This document shows, one piece after another, positions 38,001 to 44,612 of a stretch of 44,612 nt of DNA; positions within the stretch are counted from its first letter, which is position 1; each line of letters opens with the position of its first letter. Origin of the DNA: a virus. Lineage: Duplodnaviria; Heunggongvirae; Uroviricota; Caudoviricetes. A program made the position numbers and the translations under genes. The notes below the pieces were generated by a model. The model saw only the letters and a list, made by a program, of their open reading frames with translations, searched no databases and was not told the DNA's origin. The DNA lies in IMG/VR virus record IMGVR_UViG_3300024303_000028, positions 1 to 44,612 of that record; one strand, 5' to 3'.

Positions 38001-38888
38001 AGTGCTGAGTTCGAATATACTGCACTTGACGATGAAGGCAAAGAGTCAGATGCGAAGTTTACAATTGAGACAACATATACATCTGCCGTTGCATCAACCA
38101 ATGATCCTCCGTCTATTACCGACGGTAAGCTCTTGCAGTTGGTGTACCAGAATCGCGGCCTGAATATCTATGCTGATGCGTCTGAGGACGAAATGATTTT
38201 GACCCCAAGCGTTTCCAATGGTCATCTAATGGGCTGGAATCTGATCAATGCGGTAAGTATGGTTGCAACAAATCTAAGCGCAGCCACAATCGTTGCAAGT
38301 AGTATCTACTTGCCCGGTGAGGATGGCAAGCTAATAGCGGTTGCCGATCAGAAGTGGACTATTGAGAAAATTGCTGAGATTCTGAAGGATGATGATATTC
38401 TCCCCGCAATCAAATCAAAGCTGAATAGCGCTTACTGGCGGGCATACTCCCATAGTCATAAGTTAACCGTTGGCGAAGACGGAAGTGTTTCTTGCGGCGG
38501 TGTCACAAATGTTTCGGCGGCATCCTCAACTTTTAATATAGCCGACACAACGTTCTTCAAGGATGCTGTGTCGGCTGCCGCACCAGCTACAGTTTCAAGA
38601 GTAGCTACATATGACTCTTCCGCTATTGCTTATAACGTTACGGTTGTCGTTAAATCTGGCGATGATACCCGTTACCCCTTTGATCTTATACCCATTAGCG
38701 CAAGCAATGCATATAATGCAGGATGGAATGCTTGTAGAAACGCATGTTCACCAGCAAATGTGTATACGATTTCAGAGTATGCCCCGGGTACACTATATGT
38801 GTATACCAACGGCGTATACTCTTCTGCTGGCTCTAGCTGGGTAAAAGTAAAAGCAGCTACTGCCTATACTCTCCCAGCAGAAAAATAA
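35046..38888 (+). CDS. Tal-like tail tip/spike protein (YomG-like) with coiled coil and beta-helix-like C-half
   Basis: SD AGGAGGTG 35030-35037 plus TTG 35046; prophage-tail-like N-domain; Gly/Ser/Ile/Asn-rich repeats (ISAGSILNLSAGDAVNIQG). Confidence 0.72.
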   Translation: MIIDFSLLDPNERPLLILRNASDVPMGVLSNVMQVTPNIMYNEISELDFDIPAYADGVETPMYDELVGMRIIELQGIGQFVLMNPKESGDGVTRKKQCTAYSLEYEFTRKKITVPKGTYKFYDEDDAENSLLGMLMNDMPSWKIGTVPASIRGKYRTFEVNNENRYNFMKGTAQKTYGCIFNFDTYTRTVYIDDASREPETTAIYLSNNNLASEINVEELTEDIVTRLDVNGAEGVSIRDVNPNGTNKIINLDHFMTLKNFQQELIDKYFAWKQINADNRQAFYSLSIRHTLALEQRVAAEARLTDLRGEMTSLENLQAVAIQAISQGLKTQSDLDEINVQITAKQAEISAQEQHIQLLRDNADALLSELQMIRDACSFAKYFTLDEQIMLDRYIKDDEISDSSFVTTSTSYVPTANSSVAEAIDLSVSGDTITKIESAGGSTILEIKDGKLHIADLLDASIISATAEHYPSDNTFVASFYLKDASYHSETYPQACLTITGSAEQINVSESEKVVGSTVANAMIYFSLNVSEYEKRSVAWDLYEYGEAMLDKLSRPAYAFSVKSTNFLVNEDYDAFRKALRLGERIYLELKEDHVIEPVCIGVSFCYDDPDSLELLFSDKFVSGERGNGLIDLLEQSVSMGKTLNASQYTYSQFEDSGASSTIAEFMTSALDVAKNALFSSSGNAVSWDGTGLRLRRWVDGSQTAYSPEQMWLVNNSLLLTADNWHTAQMGIGKFSDPNLGECWGIVAPTIVGTMLAGSKLVIESEKKDGGTAVFRVDSEGARLFNSNFAISDAKRCILLDPGVGMLIGPPNSYSKNEEGVYTVDADLVNFHVDDDGNVFLRGTITATDLKIGDQIGTDSQAGLVTISAGSILNLSAGDAVNIQGDGGITMSAKGGITLLAGQLALGSDANKLTSDGVLSLASGNILLDGPNNAVTIGNANGTVNIGTDGTGLINLATYQVKSSTVSTSYTSKYSTGGTKADADISAEFEYTALDDEGKESDAKFTIETTYTSAVASTNDPPSITDGKLLQLVYQNRGLNIYADASEDEMILTPSVSNGHLMGWNLINAVSMVATNLSAATIVASSIYLPGEDGKLIAVADQKWTIEKIAEILKDDDILPAIKSKLNSAYWRAYSHSHKLTVGEDGSVSCGGVTNVSAASSTFNIADTTFFKDAVSAAAPATVSRVATYDSSAIAYNVTVVVKSGDDTRYPFDLIPISASNAYNAGWNACRNACSPANVYTISEYAPGTLYVYTNGVYSSAGSSWVKVKAATAYTLPAEK

Positions 38889-38909
38889 AATGAATGAAAG
38901 GATATTTTT

Positions 38910-39272
38910 ATGATTCAGAAACACATCATTAGTGCATACATTACACTCTCCCATCTTGGTGGTATCCAGATGCCGGTTCGTTGTGCATATCAGCTTTATC
39001 AGCTCCGCAAGAAGCTGGAGTCTTCATACCAATTCTGCGCAGAGCAGGAGCGTATGATTATTGAGAAGTATCATGGTTCTGTGAAGAATGGAGTAATCTC
39101 ATTTGCCGACGAAGACAACGCAACCAACGCACAGAACGCTTTACGCGAACTCAATGAGATGACCGTTGAAATCGAGTTCGACCCTGTAACTATCAACATG
39201 AACGATATTCAGAACGGATCTGTTTCAATGGATGATATCGCTAATCTGGATGGGTTTGTGGTTTTTGCGTAA
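38910..39272 (+). CDS. Small phage protein (DUF1617-like)
   Basis: AYQLYQLRKKLE...ERMIIEKY pattern; SD AAAGGA. Confidence 0.5.
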   Translation: MIQKHIISAYITLSHLGGIQMPVRCAYQLYQLRKKLESSYQFCAEQERMIIEKYHGSVKNGVISFADEDNATNAQNALRELNEMTVEIEFDPVTINMNDIQNGSVSMDDIANLDGFVVFA

Positions 39273-39284
39273 GAGGAGGGTAAT

Positions 39285-40088
39285 ATGGCATTTTACGGAA
39301 GCTCTTTCTCCTTTGACGGAGTATCGTGCAGAGACTTCAATTTGATGCTGTATGATCTCGGTAGTGATCAACAGGATAATGTTGATTTTGCAAGCCCTGT
39401 TTCCGTTGTGGAAGAGGCCGTCGGACAAAACTGGCGGCCTCACTTCCTCGGTGTAAAGTTCGATAAGAAGCTGACGTTCAAGTTAGTCTTTGGCGTGGAT
39501 GAATGCCGTATCGAACGTCGTGAATACCTGTCACGGCAGGAAATTGATGACATCGCATCTTGGTTGACCGGTCATCAAACATATAAGTATCTGGAGATTG
39601 AGCAGGAAGACTTGGATCATGTACGGTACAAATGCATGGTTTCTGAACTGACGCTGATTACTCATGGTCAGGAGCCATGGGCAATGAGTGCTACCATCAC
39701 ATGCGATGGCGCATATGCATATACCTACCCCAAGACATTCTCCTACACAATCAACGGAACTCGTGATATTTCGTTTTACAACGAGAGCAGCTACAACGGG
39801 TACTACCGTCCCATAGTGAGGATCGAGTCCAATACGGGCTCGTCCTTTTCTATTGCTAACATTTCGGATGGTGGCCGCATCACGGAGCTTACAGACATCC
39901 CGGAAGGATTGTCAGAGATCATCATCGATATGGAGCACGGCACTATTACAAGCAATAGTAACGCGAATCTATATAAGCATTTCAATTTCAGATATCTGAA
40001 ACTAAAGCGGGGGTATAACAAGTTGCATGTCTCTGGTAACTGTGTATTGAAGATTCAATGCGAATTCCCCGTAAACACTGGGGGTTGA
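39285..40088 (+). CDS. Distal tail protein (Dit, YomH-like)
   Basis: FSFDGVSCRDFNL N-terminus and YLKLKRGYNKLHV C-terminus typical of Dit; SD AGGAGG. Confidence 0.72.
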   Translation: MAFYGSSFSFDGVSCRDFNLMLYDLGSDQQDNVDFASPVSVVEEAVGQNWRPHFLGVKFDKKLTFKLVFGVDECRIERREYLSRQEIDDIASWLTGHQTYKYLEIEQEDLDHVRYKCMVSELTLITHGQEPWAMSATITCDGAYAYTYPKTFSYTINGTRDISFYNESSYNGYYRPIVRIESNTGSSFSIANISDGGRITELTDIPEGLSEIIIDMEHGTITSNSNANLYKHFNFRYLKLKRGYNKLHVSGNCVLKIQCEFPVNTGG

Positions 40089-40096
40089 TACTGTCA

Positions 40097-43000
40097 ATGA
40101 ATATTCTTGTTAACGTTGTCAATCAGAAAATGAAGGTTGTTAGCGGATTCAGGGATATTGTTGAGGGTTCTCAGGAGTTTGTCCGGTTTGAATTTAACCT
40201 TACCGACGAATGGAGCGGACTGATGACGTTCGCCCAATTTCGTCAGGGAGAGAACGCATACAACAAATATCTCGACGAAAACAACTGCGTGTGCTTGCCT
40301 CCTGAAATCAAGGCTGGCACATGTACGGTGATGCTATACGGAGCCGGCGGCACCGTAATTGGCACCACGAATTATGTCACTCTAAATATCAACGAGTATA
40401 ATCTGGTAACAGATTCTCAAAGTACAGAGATTTCTGAGTCTCTATATACGCAACTGGTGACCAAAGTTAATACTCTGCTAACTTGGAATGAACAGCAAAC
40501 TGCGGAGCTTACTGAGGCCGATCGTCAGTTGCAGATTCAGATCAATGAGAAGGCCGCAGCGAAGGATCTCGAAGCGGAGATTATTCGAGCGAAGTCTGCA
40601 GAGCAGGCCAACAGGGTTGCCATCGAACTGAAGGCAAGTCAAAAACAGGTTGACGATCTTGAGCTTAAAGTGACCGAGCTTCAGAATAACGAGTATGTTG
40701 CAGGACTGATCGAAGAGGCCGTTATTGCCGAAATGAACGAATACCTTGCGAGTGGTGCTTTGGCCAATATGACCATTGCAGACGCCAGCATTACTCGTGC
40801 CAAGGTGAATGCTGAGATTGAGGCTGCGCTGCAGGCTGGTGAAAATGCCATGCAACCGAGCGTCTACGATCCGCAAGGGCTAAAGGTTGATATTTATTCT
40901 TATGCACAAGGCCGTGCTGATACCGTGCAGCAGAATCTGAACAAGGTAAAGGAAGAGATCCAGGACGCCTACAGGCTTACTGATACGGTCGTCTATCAGA
41001 ATCTCGGAGATGCTGTTCGTGGAGCGGTAACGCTATCCAGAAACTATGCACAGGCGCTGCTTGCGGACTACAAGGCTTTTACAATCAAGGTGGTTGACGA
41101 GCTTCCTGTGGTTGGTGAAAATCAGACTTTCTACTTACTTCCAAACGAATCCGGTACCGGATATGACAAGTACTGGTGGATTACCGACAACGATGGCAAT
41201 AGCAAGTGGGACGTCTTTGGCAGCTCGTCTACGCTGGTTGTAGAAGAACTTCCGGAAGTTGGCGATTCCGATGTCGATTACATTCTGAAGTCCTCCGCTG
41301 GTTGTCTGTACTATAAGTATATCGACGGATACTGGGAGGTAGTCGCAGGCTCCCTCGCCTTTGTCGGAAGCGCGTTACCAGACGCTGGTAATGAGTTTAC
41401 TGATTACTATATTCTGAATGCATCTGGTTCATATGAGCACTACCGTTTCATTAACGGATCGTATCATGGTATCGGCGGAAATGCATACACCCGTGACGAA
41501 GTTGATGAAAAAATTGCAGCGGTCAACGAGTCTATCAAAACTGTTCAAAACGGCGTCGATGCTAATGCCGGTCAGATCACGGCGAACGCTTCCAACATTA
41601 CTGCGTTGAGTCGTTCTCTGGATCGCCTTGTTCAAGACTTTAACAACCTTGATACCGAAGGTTACACCTACTATGCTAACATCGACACCAGCGGCGACAA
41701 CGGCGCAATCTTTACCTTATACCAGGTAAAGGGCGATGTTGAGGAGATTGCGTCTCAGTTCGTGATTCCAGCAGGCGGTGGCGGCGGTGGTCAAACCTCT
41801 ACTACGAATCTGGTTGTTGATAAGATCACCGCGTCTCCTCTGGTTCTTACTCCTACCGATAAGGCAGAAATCGCTATCAACTATTCTTCTACCGACAGTG
41901 ACGGTGAAGAGGTAGACGGCACTTACACTTGGAAGATCGGCAGCGAAATTATCGCAAGCGGTCCGCTGGTGCAGGGTGTGAACACCTATGACCTGACCGA
42001 ACATGTTAAGGTTGGTACGCAAAAGCTGACTCTGACTGTAGTTGATGCCGGCGGCAGCATTGTCGTTAAGTCATGGACTGTGCAAGTAGTTGACGTTCGT
42101 CTTGCTTCTACTTTCAATGATCGTACGACCTTTACGGTGAATCAGAATGCCACTTTCAGTTTTACTCCATACGGTGCTGTATCTAAGACTGTCCATTTTA
42201 TTTTGGATGGCGAGGAACTCGAACCTATGGTAACAACCGCATCCGGCACACCTCAATCATATACAATTCCTGCGCAGACCCACGGCGCTCATCTGCTGGA
42301 GTGCTACATTACAGCTACGGTCAATAACAAGCCGATTGAGACTCAGCATATCTATAAGGATATTGTCTGGCTTGATCCCGCGTCCGATGTTCCGGTGATT
42401 CGTTGCATATACCGAAACGATTATTATGGCGACGTGAAGGTTCGTCAATACGATACTTTGCCGATCGAGTATAGCGTATTCGATCCAACAACCAACTACC
42501 CGGTTGTTCAGCGTTATGTTAACAGTACGCTATCCGGAACTGAGAATCACGAGACTCCGCATGGCACTTGGAACTTTAAGTCCGACACAGTTGAAAAATA
42601 CACGTTGACACTCGAGTGTCGCGGAACCTCTGTATCTATCGTAGTCGATGTTCAGGAACTTGGTATCGACGTCGCCCCTGTATCTGGCAATCTTGAGGTT
42701 GACTTTAACCCCTCCGGTATGACGAATACATCCGCGGATAGGGTGTGGTCAAATGGAACTTACGGCATGACCCTGTCAGATAATTTTGACTGGGCGAATG
42801 GCGGATATCAGGTTGACGAAAACGGCGACACCTATTTCTCCGTACGTGCCGGTACCCGTTGCACGCTTGATTATCACTTCTTCGGAAATGACATTCAGCG
42901 CAACCCCAGCACGCAGGGTGCAGAGATGAAGATCGTCTTTATGGTGGAAAATGTGCAAGACATTAACGCCGTGTGGATGACAAACTACGATCCCAGCTCC

Positions 43001-44612
43001 AAGGTGGGCATCCAGATGAACGCCCATAACGGCTGGCTGAAAACGAACAATGCATTGGAGTCTGACTCCGCAGATGTCGTTGCAACGAACACTTATCTGT
43101 ACATGCCATATTCCGAGGAAGATATCATCGAGATGGATATCAATATTGATGTACTGGATCAGGAAGATGATACAGCGCAGGCATTTGCGATGTCCTACGA
43201 AGACGGCGTCCCGAGTAAGGCATTTGTGTACGGAAAGACAGATAACTTCTTCCAGTACAATTCTCAGCCCATTGTGATTGGTTCAGACTACTGTGACGTC
43301 CGTATTTACCGTCTGAAGATCTATTCCGCTGCTCTTACTACTGAGGGCATCATGCGTAACTTCATCGCGGACTCTCGTGACTCCACAACCATGCTGGACC
43401 GCTATGATCGCAACTGCATCTACTTCAACCGCGATACCAACGAATACACCCCCTACAGCGGAGAAGGTGTACTGGATCCTGAAAAGCTCGCGCCAATGAT
43501 TCCCAATGTCAAGGTGCTGATGCTGGAAACGGATCATTTCACCACGAGCAAAAAGACATTCGTGAAGGCAAATCTGCGGTGTATCCACGCGCCTAACGGA
43601 ACGACTTATCCGGGTGACCCATACTACGACAACTGGTACTTTGAAAACGGCTGGCATTCTGGCCAGGGTACGACCTCAGATAACTACGGTAACAGTTCCC
43701 GTAATGTTGACTTCCTATTCAACTGTGACGGAACGCATAAGCCGTCAGACAAGGTTGATGCAGAGCCGGGGTATGTATCTAAGGTTACGCTTGGATATAA
43801 GACTGAGGACGCTTATACCGAAGCTGTCACAGATTGGAAGGGTGACGAGGGCAAGGTTGCGTTGACTCGCACCTCTATTCCCAACAACTTCTTCAATCTG
43901 AAGGTGAACGTTGCATCCAGCGAAAACGTGAATAACGCGTTGCTCGCGAAGCGATACAATGATTATCTTCCCTACATCTCTCCAGCCAAGAAGCGGAACG
44001 AGAATACGAAGAATACGATGGAATTCGTTCCTGCGGTATTGTTCCTGCGTGAAACGAATCCTGATATTTCTACTCATAATGAGTTCCTCGACACGGAATG
44101 GCACTTCTATTCTATCGGTAATATTGGCGACTCCAAGAAGACGGACTACACACGTGCATATGACCCGGAAGATATGAATGAGTTTGTTATCGAAATTTCC
44201 GATAACACGAAAAACAACGCCATCTTCCAGTCCGGCGTGTATCTGGACGAGCAGGGCAATCGTCAGATCGAAGACTTCACGATTACAGAATCTGAAGATG
44301 ATGGCGAGATTATCCAGACCCCTGTATCCATCGCTAAGCCTTCTTCTTTTGTTTATCCCATTACGATGGATGAGTGGAACAATGCGAAGAACATGCGTCG
44401 CTGGTGTCTGGATAACGAAGGATTCGATGGAGACCATTCTTTCGAGCCACGTTACGCATGCTGCGGCGACTATCGTGACGGCAAGCTGGTCAATGATACA
44501 ACCGGTCGAGGTAAGGCTCAAGTTGCGATCAACAACAACGTATGGCGCGCCTTCTATCGTTGGGTGGTTACATCAACCGACGAGGAGTTCGTGAATGAGC
44601 TTGACCAGTGGT
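40097..44612 (+). CDS. Very large tail/baseplate protein, partial (>1505 aa, runs off the window): BppU-like N-domain, coiled coil, ELP repeats, Ig-like/LamG-like domains, CotH-kinase-like domain
   Basis: Translated by hand from ATG 40097 (SD GGGGG) with no stop to the window end; GQGTTSDNYG at 43661-43690; LKIYSAALT LamG-like end. Confidence 0.82.
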   Translation, partial: MNILVNVVNQKMKVVSGFRDIVEGSQEFVRFEFNLTDEWSGLMTFAQFRQGENAYNKYLDENNCVCLPPEIKAGTCTVMLYGAGGTVIGTTNYVTLNINEYNLVTDSQSTEISESLYTQLVTKVNTLLTWNEQQTAELTEADRQLQIQINEKAAAKDLEAEIIRAKSAEQANRVAIELKASQKQVDDLELKVTELQNNEYVAGLIEEAVIAEMNEYLASGALANMTIADASITRAKVNAEIEAALQAGENAMQPSVYDPQGLKVDIYSYAQGRADTVQQNLNKVKEEIQDAYRLTDTVVYQNLGDAVRGAVTLSRNYAQALLADYKAFTIKVVDELPVVGENQTFYLLPNESGTGYDKYWWITDNDGNSKWDVFGSSSTLVVEELPEVGDSDVDYILKSSAGCLYYKYIDGYWEVVAGSLAFVGSALPDAGNEFTDYYILNASGSYEHYRFINGSYHGIGGNAYTRDEVDEKIAAVNESIKTVQNGVDANAGQITANASNITALSRSLDRLVQDFNNLDTEGYTYYANIDTSGDNGAIFTLYQVKGDVEEIASQFVIPAGGGGGGQTSTTNLVVDKITASPLVLTPTDKAEIAINYSSTDSDGEEVDGTYTWKIGSEIIASGPLVQGVNTYDLTEHVKVGTQKLTLTVVDAGGSIVVKSWTVQVVDVRLASTFNDRTTFTVNQNATFSFTPYGAVSKTVHFILDGEELEPMVTTASGTPQSYTIPAQTHGAHLLECYITATVNNKPIETQHIYKDIVWLDPASDVPVIRCIYRNDYYGDVKVRQYDTLPIEYSVFDPTTNYPVVQRYVNSTLSGTENHETPHGTWNFKSDTVEKYTLTLECRGTSVSIVVDVQELGIDVAPVSGNLEVDFNPSGMTNTSADRVWSNGTYGMTLSDNFDWANGGYQVDENGDTYFSVRAGTRCTLDYHFFGNDIQRNPSTQGAEMKIVFMVENVQDINAVWMTNYDPSSKVGIQMNAHNGWLKTNNALESDSADVVATNTYLYMPYSEEDIIEMDINIDVLDQEDDTAQAFAMSYEDGVPSKAFVYGKTDNFFQYNSQPIVIGSDYCDVRIYRLKIYSAALTTEGIMRNFIADSRDSTTMLDRYDRNCIYFNRDTNEYTPYSGEGVLDPEKLAPMIPNVKVLMLETDHFTTSKKTFVKANLRCIHAPNGTTYPGDPYYDNWYFENGWHSGQGTTSDNYGNSSRNVDFLFNCDGTHKPSDKVDAEPGYVSKVTLGYKTEDAYTEAVTDWKGDEGKVALTRTSIPNNFFNLKVNVASSENVNNALLAKRYNDYLPYISPAKKRNENTKNTMEFVPAVLFLRETNPDISTHNEFLDTEWHFYSIGNIGDSKKTDYTRAYDPEDMNEFVIEISDNTKNNAIFQSGVYLDEQGNRQIEDFTITESEDDGEIIQTPVSIAKPSSFVYPITMDEWNNAKNMRRWCLDNEGFDGDHSFEPRYACCGDYRDGKLVNDTTGRGKAQVAINNNVWRAFYRWVVTSTDEEFVNELDQW

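Larger units (their letters stand above)
1..44612. mobile_element. Segment of a large SPbeta-like temperate siphovirus genome (phage/prophage), late-transcription plus morphogenesis region
   Basis: Contiguous YonO-type RNAP, terminase large subunit, portal, protease/scaffold, capsid, tail tube and tape measure genes in SPbeta-like order; no host housekeeping genes; no att site visible. Confidence 0.93.

Noticed and set aside
38700-38888. Tal C-terminus as a DGR variable region
   Set aside because: No template repeat or reverse transcriptase in the window; untestable here
5233-39443. Numerous minus-strand ORFs of 60-320 aa opposite the structural genes (e.g. 6614-7579, 18956-20029, 23475-24320, 30589-31206)
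   Set aside because: Antisense shadows of codon-biased plus-strand genes; no SDs or domains
169-40088. No called gene ends in TAG (possible stop-codon reassignment)
   Set aside because: Genes are long and intact under code 11 with no in-frame TAG, and no suppressor tRNA was seen; at most a usage bias
40478-44594. Track ORFs in 40.4-44.6 kb (e.g. 43745-44521 -, 44178-44594 +)
   Set aside because: Shadow frames of the continuous ORF starting at 40097

Overview
The whole window reads as part of a large temperate siphovirus genome (phage or prophage) of a Firmicutes host, organised like Bacillus phage SPbeta and its Clostridia relatives. Positions 1-~2400 form a compositionally distinct arm: one GC-rich, Ala-rich sigma-70-like HTH gene on the minus strand, about 1 kb of repeat-rich non-coding DNA, and no GATC at all. 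From ~2440 everything is on the plus strand. A sigmaA-type promoter precedes a tyrosine recombinase, a compact SF2-like helicase that probably starts at ATT, a YonO-type single-subunit RNA polymerase (DFDGD) and a coupled Zn-ribbon protein. A late operon follows: holin, metallophosphoesterase, second tyrosine recombinase, HU, terminase, portal, protease/scaffold, decoration, capsid, neck, tail tube, RusA, a 2952-aa tape measure protein with a recent 327-bp duplication, Tal-like then Dit-like proteins, and a >1505-aa tail/baseplate ORF that the ORF track misses and that carries a CotH-kinase-like motif. No CRISPR array, tRNA, rRNA, reverse transcriptase or endolysin was seen. All family assignments come from motif recognition and synteny by eye; no database was searched.
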